DNA of 64,000 bases from Gemmatimonadales bacterium (GCA_035703525.1 DASSYA010000005.1:82532-146531); one strand, 5' to 3'. Shown: positions 37,607 to 47,629, counted from the first letter of the stretch. The notes: a model not told the origin generated them from the sequence alone. Numbers and translations are program-made.

Positions 37607-38988
37607 GCGCGCACATCCTGGTGGTCGACGACGAGGAATCGATTCGAGCGGTCCTCCGCCAGATCCTTCGCTACGAAGGGTACGAGGTCAGCTCGGCCTC
37701 GTCCGGTGGCGAGGCGCTGCTCATGCATCGGGACCAGATGTTCGACCTGGTCATCCTGGACGTGAAGATGCAGGGGATCGACGGACTGGACACCCTCGCC
37801 CAGTTGCGCCAGGAGGTGCCGTCGGCGCGTGTCATCATGATCAGTGGTCACGCGACCATCGGGAATGCGGTGCAGGCCGTGAAGGAGGGCGCATTCGATT
37901 TCCTGGAGAAGCCCCTCGATGCGGATCGGCTGTTGGTGACCGTGGCGCGGGCCCTGGAACACCGGCGGCTGGTCGGCGAGAACGCGCGCCTCCGTGCGGG
38001 CCTGGCCACGGCCACGGACGAGGAGTTCATCATGGTGGGCGAGAGCCCCGAGCTCGCCGAGATCCGCGCGCTCGTGGCCCGGATTGCCCCGACCGATGCA
38101 CGGGTGCTCATCACGGGTGAGAACGGCAGCGGCAAGGAGCTGGTGGCGCGCGCGATCCATGCGGCCTCGTCCCGACGGGGCCGGGCGTTTGTCGAGGTGA
38201 ACTGTGCCGCGATCCCGCGCGAACTGGTGGAAAGCGAACTCTTCGGCCACGTCAAGGGGGCGTTCACCGGGGCCGTGTCGGCGCAGGACGGGAAGTTCGA
38301 TGCCGCCGATGGCGGGACACTCTTCCTCGACGAGATTGGCGACCTCGCCCTCGAGGCGCAGGCGAAGATCCTCCGTGCGCTGCAGGAGGGCGTGATCACT
38401 CGGGTGGGCGCGGCTCGATCGGTCAAGGTCGATGTCCGGGTCGTGGCCGCCACCAATCGGGACCTCTCGTCGGATATCGCCGCAGGGCGGTTCCGGGAGG
38501 ATCTCTACTACCGCCTCGCCGTGCTGCCGATCGACGTCCCCCCCCTTCGGAAGCGCCCGGTGGACATCCCGGACCTTGTGGCGCATTTCGTCCGGGTCCT
38601 CGGCTCCGGACCGGGCATGACCCCGAAGCCGTTCAGCGCCGGGGCCATCGCGGCGCTGCAGGCGCGACGCTGGTTCGGCAATGTGCGCGAGCTGCGGAAT
38701 GCGGTCGAGCGATTGCTGATCCTCTCCACCGGTCCGGAGGTCACCCTCGCGGATGTGGAGCGGGCGCTTCCCCGGGAGCTTGGACGCAACGTCGACCTGA
38801 TCGGTCTCGCGGAGACCGCGCCGGAGGGATCCTATCAGGCGTTCCTCGAGGAAGCCGAGCGCGCCTTCCTCGAGGTCCGGCTGTCGGAGCACGACTGGAA
38901 CGTCTCGGAGACGGCCCGCGCACTCGATATCCCGCGCTCGACCCTGCACACGAAGCTGGAACGACTCGGCATCGAACGGAGGCCATGA
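37603..38988 (+). CDS. Sigma-54-dependent response regulator (NtrC/NtrX family)
   Basis: REC (ILVVDDEESIR...DLVILDVKMQGIDG), AAA+ (GENGSGKELVARAIH, GAFTGA, 'LFLDEIGD', 'RFREDLYYRL') and a C-terminal Fis-type HTH. Confidence 0.95.
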   Translation: MSAHILVVDDEESIRAVLRQILRYEGYEVSSASSGGEALLMHRDQMFDLVILDVKMQGIDGLDTLAQLRQEVPSARVIMISGHATIGNAVQAVKEGAFDFLEKPLDADRLLVTVARALEHRRLVGENARLRAGLATATDEEFIMVGESPELAEIRALVARIAPTDARVLITGENGSGKELVARAIHAASSRRGRAFVEVNCAAIPRELVESELFGHVKGAFTGAVSAQDGKFDAADGGTLFLDEIGDLALEAQAKILRALQEGVITRVGAARSVKVDVRVVAATNRDLSSDIAAGRFREDLYYRLAVLPIDVPPLRKRPVDIPDLVAHFVRVLGSGPGMTPKPFSAGAIAALQARRWFGNVRELRNAVERLLILSTGPEVTLADVERALPRELGRNVDLIGLAETAPEGSYQAFLEEAERAFLEVRLSEHDWNVSETARALDIPRSTLHTKLERLGIERRP

Positions 38989-39458
38989 TGGCGGAAGACC
39001 GAGACTGGGATCGCGAGATGGCGAAGATCGACCGGTTGATGGGGAAGGAACCACCGTCGCCGAGTCCGGCACCCCGGCTACCGGGGGCCTCGAATGTCGC
39101 GGCCACGACGCGTGCCACCGAGCGGAACACCAGCGGGCCGGTCGCAAACGTGCCGGTGGCCGGTGGGGGACTCCGGGTGTGGCTCACGACCCTGCTCGGG
39201 CCCGTCGGGGTCGCCGCCCTCGTGATGTGGCCCTACGGCACCACCTGCGGCACCTGGCTGTGGGTGTACCTTCTCGGGGTGCTGGCCGTCTTCGGCGCCT
39301 CGCTCATGGCAATGCGGGCGGCCTGGCAACATCGGCGGCCGATGGCCATGGCCGTCGGTGTCCTGACCCTGATTGCCGCGCTCGGTCTGGCGGCGATGAT
39401 CGTGCTTCCTCGCGTCGGCTACGCGGCGGCAAGCCTCACCTGGACCTGTTCCACCTGA
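38985..39458 (+). CDS. Hypothetical membrane protein (3 TM segments, charged N-terminus)
   Basis: ATGA overlap with the NtrC-family gene stop. Pro/Ser-rich linker followed by hydrophobic segments. Confidence 0.5.
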   Translation: MMAEDRDWDREMAKIDRLMGKEPPSPSPAPRLPGASNVAATTRATERNTSGPVANVPVAGGGLRVWLTTLLGPVGVAALVMWPYGTTCGTWLWVYLLGVLAVFGASLMAMRAAWQHRRPMAMAVGVLTLIAALGLAAMIVLPRVGYAAASLTWTCST

Positions 39459-39476
39459 ACCCGAGTCGTTGATCTC

Positions 39477-40961
39477 ATGGCGAAGACCTACAAGAACTTC
39501 ATCGCTGGCGAGTGGGTGGCCCCTTCCACGGGCCGCCACTTCCAGAACCGGAACCCTGCCGATACCACTGACCTGATCGGTCGCTTCCCGGACTCCGGGA
39601 CGGACGACGTCAATGCGGCGGTCGCCTCGGCGCGTCGCGGCTTCGAGCTGTGGTCGAAGGTGCCGGCGCCGGCGCGGGGGGATGTACTGCGCCGGGTCGG
39701 CGACCTGATGTCCGCCCGGAAGGAACTGCTCGCCGACGCGATGACCCGCGAGATGGGCAAGGTGCTCACCGAGACGCGCGGGGACGTGCAGGAGGGAATC
39801 GATACCGCCTACTACGCCGCCACCGAAGGCCGGCGCCTGTTCGGTCACACGGTGCCGAGTGAGCTGCGACAGAAGTTCGCCATGAGCGTGCGGCGCCCGA
39901 TCGGGCCGTGCGGCCTCATCATGCCGTTCAATTTCCCGCTGGCGATCCCGACCTGGAAAGCGTTCCCGGCGCTCCTCTGTGGCAACAGCATCATCCTCAA
40001 GCCGTCGGAGGATGTCCCGCACACGGCGACCCTGCTGGTCGAGATCCTGCTCGAGGCGGGCTTGCCGCCCGAGGTGGTGCAACTGGTGCACGGTGCGGAG
40101 GAAGCAGGCCGTACGCTGGTGTCCCATCCGGACGTCCCGGTGATCTCGTTCACCGGTTCGACCGAGACCGGGTCGAAGATCGGCGAGGTGTGTGGTCGGA
40201 TGCACAAGCGCCTCTCGCTCGAGATGGGTGGCAAGAACGCCCAGATCGTCATGGAGGACGCCGACCTCGAGCTCGCCCTCGATGGGGTGCTCTGGGGGGC
40301 ATTCGGGACGACCGGGCAGCGCTGCACGGCGACGTCACGTCTGATCGTGCATCGCAAGGTCCACGACAAGCTCGTGGGGATGGTGGTCGATGCCGCCAGC
40401 AAGCTGACGTTGGGTGATGGTCGCCAGCCGAAGACCCAGGTCGGTCCGCTGATCCATGAGGCCGCGCGCGAGAAGGTCGAGCGCTATGTCGAGATCGGTC
40501 GGGAGCAGGGCGCCGAGCTGGCCCTGGGAGGTGCCCGGCCGCGCGGAAGCCGCACCGCCAACGGGTTCTTCTACAAGCCGACGATCTTCACCAACGTGAA
40601 GAAGGGCTCGCGGCTCGCGGTCGAGGAGATCTTCGGTCCGGTGTTGAGCGTGATTCGCGTCAACTCCTACGAGGACGCCGTGAAGGTGAACAACGAGGTG
40701 AAGTACGGTCTTTCCTCGGCGATCTACACGCAGGACGTGAATCGCGCGTTCCGGGCGATGGATGATCTGCAGAACGGCATCACCTACGTGAACGCCCCGA
40801 CCATCGGGGCGGAGGCCCACCTGCCGTTCGGCGGTGTGAAGCAGACCGGGAACGGGCATCGCGAGGGCGGCTGGGAAGTCTTCGAGTTCTACAGCGAGAC
40901 GAAGGTGAACTACGTCGACTTCTCGGGGACGCTCCAACGGGCACAGATCGACAACTACTGA
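39477..40961 (+). CDS. NAD(P)-dependent aldehyde dehydrogenase
   Basis: 494 aa. 'FTGSTETGSKI', catalytic 'LEMGGKNA' and 'GQRCTATSRL', 'EEIFGPVL'. Confidence 0.9.
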   Translation: MAKTYKNFIAGEWVAPSTGRHFQNRNPADTTDLIGRFPDSGTDDVNAAVASARRGFELWSKVPAPARGDVLRRVGDLMSARKELLADAMTREMGKVLTETRGDVQEGIDTAYYAATEGRRLFGHTVPSELRQKFAMSVRRPIGPCGLIMPFNFPLAIPTWKAFPALLCGNSIILKPSEDVPHTATLLVEILLEAGLPPEVVQLVHGAEEAGRTLVSHPDVPVISFTGSTETGSKIGEVCGRMHKRLSLEMGGKNAQIVMEDADLELALDGVLWGAFGTTGQRCTATSRLIVHRKVHDKLVGMVVDAASKLTLGDGRQPKTQVGPLIHEAAREKVERYVEIGREQGAELALGGARPRGSRTANGFFYKPTIFTNVKKGSRLAVEEIFGPVLSVIRVNSYEDAVKVNNEVKYGLSSAIYTQDVNRAFRAMDDLQNGITYVNAPTIGAEAHLPFGGVKQTGNGHREGGWEVFEFYSETKVNYVDFSGTLQRAQIDNY

Positions 40962-40968
40962 CGGTGGT

Positions 40969-41063
40969 GTCGGAAATCAGAAGTCGGAAGTCAGAGGTCG
41001 GGTGTCGGAGATCAGGGCACCACGGAGTCCCCTACTTCCGACTTCCGACTTCCGACTTCCATC
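40969..41063. repeat. Heptad-repeat hairpin element H4
   Basis: The left arm (ggaaatca gaagtcg gaagtca gaggtcg ggtgtcg gagatc) pairs with the right arm ctacttcc-gacttcc-gacttcc-gacttcc. gaagtcggaagtc / gacttccgacttc pair perfectly. Confidence 0.7.
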
Positions 41064-41130
41064 TTGCGCCCTGCCGCGCCGCGCCACTATCGTCCATCGT
41101 CACCAGCATGCATTTCGAAGGGACGGTGCG

Positions 41131-42003
41131 ATGCGCCCACTCCGGGTGGATGGACGTCGGTCTGGCGTCATGTCGGCCGACGAAGGCTCACTCGATCTCT
41201 ACCTCCAGGAGATCGGCCAGTACCCTCTCCTCACCAGGGACGACGAGCGATCGCTCAGTGCCCGAAGTCGCGCCGGCGATACGGATGCCTTCGAGACGCT
41301 GGTCCGGAGCAACCTCCGCTTCGTGGTCTCCGTCGCCAAGCGCTACCAGAACCAGGGCGTGTCCCTCGCGGACCTGATCAACGAGGGCAATCTCGGCCTG
41401 ATCCGCGCCGCCCAGAAGTTCGACGAGTCGCGGGGCATCAAGTTCATCTCATATGCGGTCTGGTGGATCCGGCAGGCGATGCTGCAGGCGCTGGCCGAGC
41501 AGTCACGCATCGTGCGGGTGCCACTCAACCGGGCCGGGGAGTTCCATCGGATCGGGCGACAGGCAGCCGCCCTCCGCCAGGAACTCGGTCGGGACCCGAC
41601 CGCGACGGAGATCGCCGAGGGTCTCGATCTCGATCTTCGGGTGGTCGAGGAGACGATGGTGATCAGCCAGTGGCATCTTTCGTTCGATGCTCCGGTCGCC
41701 ACCGACAACGACACCCGCCTCGGCGACCAGCTCGCCGATCAGTACGGGCGAGACCCGGATGCCGATACGATCGAGCACGCGCTGATCGACCAGATCGCGC
41801 AGTCGATCGACAGTCTCGGCGCCCGTCAGGCGAGGATCCTTCGGCTCTATTTCGGACTCGATGGGGCAGATCCACTCACCCTGGAGGAGATCGGTGCCCA
41901 TCTCGGGATCACCCGTGAGCGCGTCCGCCAGATCAAGGAGAAGGCGCTCTCGCGGTTGCGTGATGCCTCGGACGTGACGGCGCTCGCCTCGTTCCTCAGC
42001 TAG
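41131..42003 (+). CDS. Sigma-70 family RNA polymerase sigma factor (compact, with regions 1.2-4.2)
   Basis: 'LDLYLQEIGQYPLLTRDDE' (region 1.2), 'NLRFVVSVAKRY...LINEGNLGLIRAAQKFD...FISYAVWWIRQAM' (region 2), 'TLEEIGAHLGITRERVRQIKEKAL' (region 4.2). The start could be 41131 or 41170. Confidence 0.85.
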   Translation: MRPLRVDGRRSGVMSADEGSLDLYLQEIGQYPLLTRDDERSLSARSRAGDTDAFETLVRSNLRFVVSVAKRYQNQGVSLADLINEGNLGLIRAAQKFDESRGIKFISYAVWWIRQAMLQALAEQSRIVRVPLNRAGEFHRIGRQAAALRQELGRDPTATEIAEGLDLDLRVVEETMVISQWHLSFDAPVATDNDTRLGDQLADQYGRDPDADTIEHALIDQIAQSIDSLGARQARILRLYFGLDGADPLTLEEIGAHLGITRERVRQIKEKALSRLRDASDVTALASFLS

Positions 42004-42820
42004 GCGCTGGTGCGCGTGGCACGACGCGACTGATCGGCCCCGGCTCGGGGAAGGGCACGAACCGGAGTGCCACGCCATGGCGATCGGCGAGTCGAGCTGC
42101 ATCGGGATGCAGGACCTGACTCGAGGTCGACAGGATCCGCGCCAGGGTCGGGAAGTCGATCTGGTCGACCACGCGCGCGGCCGGATCGAGTCGCGGGTCG
42201 GTCTCCCGAAGGCCGCATTGCTTGAGGAAGTGACACTCGGTGGCGCCAAGTGCGGCCGCGAGTGCCACGGCGGTGATGTCGCTGCCGCCCCGACCAAGCG
42301 TTCGGAGCCGTGCGCGCTCGATCACCTGGAATCCCGCGACGACCGGCAAGGTTCCCCTCGCCAGCAGGCGCTTGAGCCGGGAGGTGCGGACCAGCGTCAG
42401 GGTGACCGCCCCGGCATGGTCCCGACCGCGGAGCCCCGCCTCCCGCGCATCGAGGGAAATCGCCGGGGACCCCAACCTCGTCAGGGCCGCGGCCATCAGG
42501 GCCGCCGTGACAATCTCCCCCGCTGCGATGGCACGCTCGGCTTCCACACCACCCGATGCCCCGCCCAGCGCCTCGCCGACATCCACCGCGAGCCGCGTCA
42601 ACTGGTCGGTCACACCTCGCCGTGCGCTGGTGACCACGACCACTTCCGCGCCGACGGCATGGGCGTGCACGTGCCGAGCGGCGAGTGCGATGCGATCGGG
42701 CGTGGCGAGGGCATCGCCGCCGAGCTTGAGCACGAGGAGCGGGCGCACCGGGACCGGGGCACCTTCGAGCGTGGCTGAGTGCTGCGGCAACATTCCCGCC
42801 TCCACGGGTGGTGGCGGCAT
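41996..42820 (-). CDS. Amino-acid-kinase-fold protein, aspartokinase-like, without ACT domains
   Basis: 'LLVLKLGGDAL', 'VVVVTSA', 'VVAGFQ', 'LGRGGSDITAVALAAAL'. About 270 aa, ending directly after the catalytic fold. The start could be 42820 or 42793. The rest of ORF 41996..43612 overlaps yajQ and is rejected. Confidence 0.65.
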   Translation of the reverse strand: MPPPPVEAGMLPQHSATLEGAPVPVRPLLVLKLGGDALATPDRIALAARHVHAHAVGAEVVVVTSARRGVTDQLTRLAVDVGEALGGASGGVEAERAIAAGEIVTAALMAAALTRLGSPAISLDAREAGLRGRDHAGAVTLTLVRTSRLKRLLARGTLPVVAGFQVIERARLRTLGRGGSDITAVALAAALGATECHFLKQCGLRETDPRLDPAARVVDQIDFPTLARILSTSSQVLHPDAARLADRHGVALRFVPFPEPGPISRVVPRAPAPS

Positions 42821-43036
42821 GCCGGATACAAGCACGCCCCCGGGCTGGTGCGCTCGGGGGCGGAATCTCCCTCGACGCTTTAGCACTTTGGTTCGGCACG
42901 GGGTGCCCGGCGGGTGCAAGTAGTCATAAGGAGACCGCCGTGGGGGGGAAGATGATCGGGTGCTGGTCGGGCGGCAAGGCGCGAGGATCCTCCCGCCCCT
43001 CTTGCTCTGGCCGCGCGGGTCCGATACCCTGCTGTC

Positions 43037-43540
43037 ATGGCCACTACATCCAGCTTCGATGTCTCCACTGGCGTGGAGATCCAGGAAGTCGACAACGCCG
43101 TGAATCAGGCGATCAAGGAGATCGCCTCCCGGTACGACTTCAAGGGCACCAACTGCACGATCGAGCTCGATCGTGAGCACGCGACGATTGCCGTGCACGC
43201 GGACGACGACTTCAAGATGGACGCCGTGGTCGACATCGTGAAGAGCAAGCTGATCAAGCGCGGCGTGCCGATCCGCAATCTCACGGTGGGCGAGCCGGTT
43301 CAGGCGTCGCTCGGGACGGTCCGTCGCACCCTCTCCCTCGCGCAGGGGATCCCGCAGGAGACCGCCAAGAAGATCCAGCGGGCCATCAAGGACGGTGGAT
43401 TCAAGAAGGTGCAGGCAGCGATCCAGGGTGAGGAATTGCGGGTGTCCTCGCCCTCCCGGGACGAGTTGCAGGCCGTGATGGCATTCCTGCGCGGCGAGGA
43501 CTTCGGCGTCGAACTCCAGTTCGGCAACTACCGAGGATGA
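43037..43540 (+). CDS. yajQ: YajQ-family (UPF0234) nucleotide / c-di-GMP-binding protein
   Basis: 167 aa. 'SFDVSTGVEIQEVDNAVNQAIKEIASRYDFKG' and 'LRVSSPSRDELQAVMAFLR' are hallmark YajQ patterns. Confidence 0.9.
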   Translation: MATTSSFDVSTGVEIQEVDNAVNQAIKEIASRYDFKGTNCTIELDREHATIAVHADDDFKMDAVVDIVKSKLIKRGVPIRNLTVGEPVQASLGTVRRTLSLAQGIPQETAKKIQRAIKDGGFKKVQAAIQGEELRVSSPSRDELQAVMAFLRGEDFGVELQFGNYRG

Positions 43541-44772
43541 CCGGTCAGGCGATCCGCGTTGCCGCCCTCTGGCTGGCACTCGGTTCGTGCATGCCGATCG
43601 AGGAGCCGACACTCCTGCCGGTGCCGGCCTCCGTCCAGCCTCCGATCCGGATCGGACTCGCCACCAGTGCGGCGGAAGTCACACTCTCGGGCCCGACCGG
43701 CCTCCTCCTGATCGATCCCGATGAGGGCATGGTCGAACAACTGGACGTCGACGACGCGGTGACCGTGGTGGCGCGTGGCGAGCGGGTGACCCTGACGGGG
43801 GGATCCGCCCCGCTAAGTCGTCGGCTGCTTCGGGTGGAGAGCGCCTCGCCCGGGGGCGTGGTCGACATTGATGGTCGACCGTACCGCGGCGCCGTCGAGC
43901 TCGATCGGGGTGCCGATGGCGTCCGGATCGTGAACGTCGTCGGGCTCGAGGACTATCTGGTCGGCGTCGTGAGTGCCGAGCTTGGGGCACGGCGACCTGA
44001 AGAGCTCGCCGCCGCGATGGCGCAGGCCGTGGTCGCGCGAACTTACGCGCTTCGGAATCGTGGCCGGTGGGATGCGGACGGCTTCGATCTGCTGGCCGGC
44101 GTCGCCTCACAGGTCTATCGCGGCGCCAGCGTCGAGGACGCCGTCTCGCGTGCTGCTGTCGACGCAACGGCGGGCGAAGTGCTGATGTATGATGATGATC
44201 TCATCGATGCCTTCTACTCCTCCACCTGTGGCGGCCATACCGAGGAAGGCAGTGCGGTCTTCGCGGGTGCGGACCGGCCCTACCTGCAGGCGCGGCCGGA
44301 CCTCGATCCAAGTGGGCGGGCGTGGTGTGCCATCTCGCCGCGCTTCCGTTGGACCCGGCGGTGGACCGGCGGGGAGCTGGCGACGGTGCTCCGCCGAACC
44401 TTGGCGGCCGAGGGACTCTCCACGGCGAGAGCGGCCGACTTGCGCGAAGTGCGGGTGCTGAACCGGACGCCGGCTGGGCACGTGGCGTCGCTGGAACTTG
44501 TCGGCCAGCGAGGCCGGACCACCGTCCAGGGGGCTGCCATCCGGCGTGTCCTTTCGCCCCCCACGGGCGGAATCCTCGAGAGCACCGACTTCACGGTCCG
44601 CATCGGGCGAACCGGCGGCCGGATCGAACGGCTCGAGATCGAGGGACAGGGGTTCGGGCATGGGGTGGGACTCTGCCAGTGGGGCGCGATCGGCCGGGCT
44701 CGTGCGGGACAGGGCTACGGCGAGATCCTGTTGAGCTACTTTCCGGGCACTGAGCTTCGACGTATCTACTGA
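43537..44772 (+). CDS. SpoIID/LytB-domain protein (peptidoglycan remodelling)
   Basis: 'AQAVVARTYALRN', 'QVYRG', 'YSSTCGGHTE', 'GHGVGLCQWGA'. Overlaps the yajQ stop. Confidence 0.85.
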   Translation: MTGQAIRVAALWLALGSCMPIEEPTLLPVPASVQPPIRIGLATSAAEVTLSGPTGLLLIDPDEGMVEQLDVDDAVTVVARGERVTLTGGSAPLSRRLLRVESASPGGVVDIDGRPYRGAVELDRGADGVRIVNVVGLEDYLVGVVSAELGARRPEELAAAMAQAVVARTYALRNRGRWDADGFDLLAGVASQVYRGASVEDAVSRAAVDATAGEVLMYDDDLIDAFYSSTCGGHTEEGSAVFAGADRPYLQARPDLDPSGRAWCAISPRFRWTRRWTGGELATVLRRTLAAEGLSTARAADLREVRVLNRTPAGHVASLELVGQRGRTTVQGAAIRRVLSPPTGGILESTDFTVRIGRTGGRIERLEIEGQGFGHGVGLCQWGAIGRARAGQGYGEILLSYFPGTELRRIY

Positions 44773-44791
44773 GCGCCATCCGGGAGAGCCG

Positions 44792-45796
44792 ATGACCGAA
44801 CGCCTTCGTCTGGGCATTGTGGGAGCAGGAGCGATCGTGCAGGTCGGCCATCTGCCGGCGCTCAGGAAGATCCGCGAGATCGAGGTCGTCGGGGTCTGCG
44901 ACAATGACATGGTCAAGGCGCGCGCGCTCGCGGACCGGTTCGGGATTCCGGATGTCTATCCCGACCTCGCCGAACTGGTGGAGCTGGGCGGCCTCGACGC
45001 GCTCCTGGTCTGCACGCCCAACCACCTCCACGAGTCCCACGTCCTCTCCGGATTGAGCGCCGGCCTGCATGTGCTGGCCGAACGGCCGCTGGCCCTGACG
45101 TCGAGCGGAGTCCAGCAGATCACTCGCGCGCAGCAGAAGCAGGATCGCATCGTGATGACCGGCGCCAATCATCGGTACCGTCCCGATGTCCAGACCATCC
45201 GCTCGTTCATCCAGAGCGGTGAACTGGGTGACCTCGAATCGATCCGGGCCTGGTGGTTCCTCTCGCGGGTCGGTCGAGGTTCGCTCGGGTGGCGGCAGCG
45301 ACGCGAACAGGCTGGGGGGGGGGCGATGTTCGACCTGGGCCACGCGCTCATCGACATGACGCTCTGGCTGGCCGGGTTCCCCGAGGTCGAGCGCGTGAGT
45401 GCCGTCTTCCCGGAGAAGGGGAAGGGGGTCGAGCCGAGCGGCACGGCGATGCTGGCCCTCAAGGGCGGCAGCGCGATTCACCTCGACGCCTCGTGGCGGT
45501 TCGTGGGCCCGGGCGAGCGCTTCGGGCTGTCGCTGCGCTCGTCCCGCGGGTCGGCCCGGATTGCGCCGCTCGCGGTGTGGCGGGAATTCCACGGCGTCGC
45601 GCAGGATGTCTCGACCGGCGGGGCCACCTCGCGCGAAACGCCGTTCCTGCTCGGCGTGCGCGCCCAGTGGGCGCATTTCGTCGCGGCGGTACTCGGCGAG
45701 GCCACGGCGCCATCGCTCGACGAGCAGCTCATCGGAATGCAGGTGATGAATGCGATCTACCAGTCGGCCGAGGCGGGCAAGGAAATCGCCCTGTGA
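44792..45796 (+). CDS. Gfo/Idh/MocA-family oxidoreductase
   Basis: N-terminal Rossmann 'LGIVGAGAIVQVGHLPAL', 'CTPNHLH', 'EKPLA'-like 'AERPLA'. Confidence 0.85.
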   Translation: MTERLRLGIVGAGAIVQVGHLPALRKIREIEVVGVCDNDMVKARALADRFGIPDVYPDLAELVELGGLDALLVCTPNHLHESHVLSGLSAGLHVLAERPLALTSSGVQQITRAQQKQDRIVMTGANHRYRPDVQTIRSFIQSGELGDLESIRAWWFLSRVGRGSLGWRQRREQAGGGAMFDLGHALIDMTLWLAGFPEVERVSAVFPEKGKGVEPSGTAMLALKGGSAIHLDASWRFVGPGERFGLSLRSSRGSARIAPLAVWREFHGVAQDVSTGGATSRETPFLLGVRAQWAHFVAAVLGEATAPSLDEQLIGMQVMNAIYQSAEAGKEIAL

Positions 45797-47022
45797 GTTC
45801 GGTCGTGCGACGGCTGCTCCTCGCCGTTGCATGCCTGGCCCTCCCGACCGCCCGCGGCGCGGCCCAGGCGCCGGTGGATCGGTACCAGGTGCTCCTGATG
45901 ACGATGGGCCCGGGCGCCGAGGTGTATGAGCGGTTCGGGCACAACGCGATTGTCATCGTGGACACGGTGGCCCACCGCGACTGGGTCTACAACTACGGGT
46001 CATTCGACTTCGCCGCCCCCGGGTTTGTCCGGCGATTCATCGAGGGGCGGCCGCGCTACTGGCTTGCGGTCGACAGCTGGGCGCACACGCTCGAGTCCTA
46101 CACACACTTCCAGCGCCGGGTCGAGGTGCAGGAGCTGGCGCTCCGCCCCGACCAGAAGGCGGAGCTCGCGTTTCGGCTCTCGGTCAACGCCCAACCCGAG
46201 AACCGCGAATACCTCTATGACTACTTCCGGGACAACTGCTCGACCCGTGTCCGCGACATGCTCGACCTGATCCTCGGTGGCGCCCTCGGTGCCGCGACGC
46301 AGGGCGTGCCGGGAGAAGGGACGCTTCGATTCCACATGGCGCGCTCGCTCACGAATGATGTCGCGATGTACCTTGGCATCCTGACCGTGATGGGTCCCAT
46401 GGCCGACCGACCGCTCGATCAATGGGACGAGATGTTCCTGCCCGAGAAGGTCCAGGCGCGCGTCCGCGAGCTGCGTGTGGCCGACGCCTCCGGGCGGATG
46501 GTGCCGCTGGTCACCCGGGAAGCCACGGTGGTCGATCTCGACGTCTACCGTGTCGAGGCCACCCCGCCGCGCTGGGCACTCCGATTCCTCGGCGCCGGGA
46601 CGCTCCTGGCTGCCGTGATCCTCACGGGGGTGATGGCGGGTGGGGCCGGAATCCTCGGACGGGTTGTCGCCGGCCTCTGGGCCCTGGTCGCCGGCCTGGC
46701 CGGCGTGGCGCTGCTCTATCTCTGGTTCGGAACCAACCACGTCGCCACGGCCGGCAACTGGAACCTGCTGATCCTCTCGCCCCTCAGCCTGCTGGTACCC
46801 GCGGCGCTGGCCAGACGAGAACGGGCACGCTGGGGGGGGGCGCTGGGCATGGTGGTGGGGGCGATGGCACTGCTGGGACTGGTCTTGGCCCACCTGCCCG
46901 GGATCACGCACCAGGTGAACCTGGAACCGGCCCTGCTCACCGTCCCGCCGACCCTGTCGGTGGCGGTGCTGAGCTGGCGGCTCAGCCGCCGACGCGCGAC
47001 AGCGCCGCCGTCGCCTCACTGA
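45793..47022 (+). CDS. DUF4105 (Lnb N-terminal periplasmic domain) membrane protein
   Basis: The GTG at 45793 overlaps the upstream stop (GTGA). Signal peptide, '[17 protein letters not shown]...WVYNYG.FDF', then 4-5 C-terminal TM segments. Confidence 0.7.
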   Translation: MSSVVRRLLLAVACLALPTARGAAQAPVDRYQVLLMTMGPGAEVYERFGHNAIVIVDTVAHRDWVYNYGSFDFAAPGFVRRFIEGRPRYWLAVDSWAHTLESYTHFQRRVEVQELALRPDQKAELAFRLSVNAQPENREYLYDYFRDNCSTRVRDMLDLILGGALGAATQGVPGEGTLRFHMARSLTNDVAMYLGILTVMGPMADRPLDQWDEMFLPEKVQARVRELRVADASGRMVPLVTREATVVDLDVYRVEATPPRWALRFLGAGTLLAAVILTGVMAGGAGILGRVVAGLWALVAGLAGVALLYLWFGTNHVATAGNWNLLILSPLSLLVPAALARRERARWGGALGMVVGAMALLGLVLAHLPGITHQVNLEPALLTVPPTLSVAVLSWRLSRRRATAPPSPH

Positions 47023-47629
47023 AGCCGGGGGCGGCGCTCGCCGCCTCACGGTACGCCGCCGCGGCCCTCGGGCGATCCCCGGCGGCCTCGAAACCGAGTC
47101 CCCGACCGTAGGCGATCAGAGCGGTGATCGGGATCCCCCCCGCGATCGGGCGGGTCGCTCGGGCCCCAAGCTGAGGCTCGGCGGCCAACCGTGCCGTGAG
47201 GGCCACGATGGCATCGGCCAGCTTTTCCCGGCTGTCGATCGCCGGATCGCCCCGGATCACGGCGATCGGCTGGCCGGTCATGGCATCGATGATCCGGGCC
47301 TGGACCTTGATGTCACCGTACTGGTCAAGCAAGGACCCGACGACCAGATATCTGGCGCCGGCGGCCGTGGCGGCCGCCCTGGCGGCCCCGAGATCGACGC
47401 GACCCGGTCGGGTGGTCGAGGTGGGTTCGACCGAAACCGGGGCCGCGGAGGCGCCCAGCCCGGTGCGGAGCAGGTCGGTGAGCGCCCGGCCAATGGCCTG
47501 ATACTCATCCCGAGTGAGGCCGACCGAGCCATCGGTCTCGAAGCCACCGACCACGACCCCCGACTGCCCGGTCAGGGCGGCTGGGGCGCCGATGGCGAGG
47601 AGCGTGAGGATCGACAGGGTCGTACGCAT
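46982..47629 (-). CDS. Secreted protein with CsgG/LpoB-like alpha/beta domain plus short helical tail
   Basis: ATG at 47629 with a signal peptide ([22 protein letters not shown]). '[33 protein letters not shown]' resembles that fold class. The family call is tentative. Confidence 0.45.
   Translation of the reverse strand: MRTTLSILTLLAIGAPAALTGQSGVVVGGFETDGSVGLTRDEYQAIGRALTDLLRTGLGASAAPVSVEPTSTTRPGRVDLGAARAAATAAGARYLVVGSLLDQYGDIKVQARIIDAMTGQPIAVIRGDPAIDSREKLADAIVALTARLAAEPQLGARATRPIAGGIPITALIAYGRGLGFEAAGDRPRAAAAYREAASAAPGFSEATAALSRVGG

Noticed and set aside
29538-39147. Long minus-strand ORFs 29538..31046, 30383..31984, 33180..34700 and 37063..39147
   Set aside because: Each is antisense to a gene with strong motifs (histidine kinase, comM, NtrC-family activator). 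No recognisable domains.
42821-43612. N-terminal 260-aa extension of ORF 41996..43612
   Set aside because: It overlaps the clearly genuine yajQ on the opposite strand and shows no kinase similarity. The amino-acid-kinase fold starts just after the ATGs at 42820 and 42793.
45253-45792. N-terminal extension of ORF 45253..47022
   Set aside because: It overlaps the Gfo/Idh/MocA oxidoreductase CDS in another frame. A GTG at 45793 with a signal peptide (and a GTGA overlap) is a much better start.
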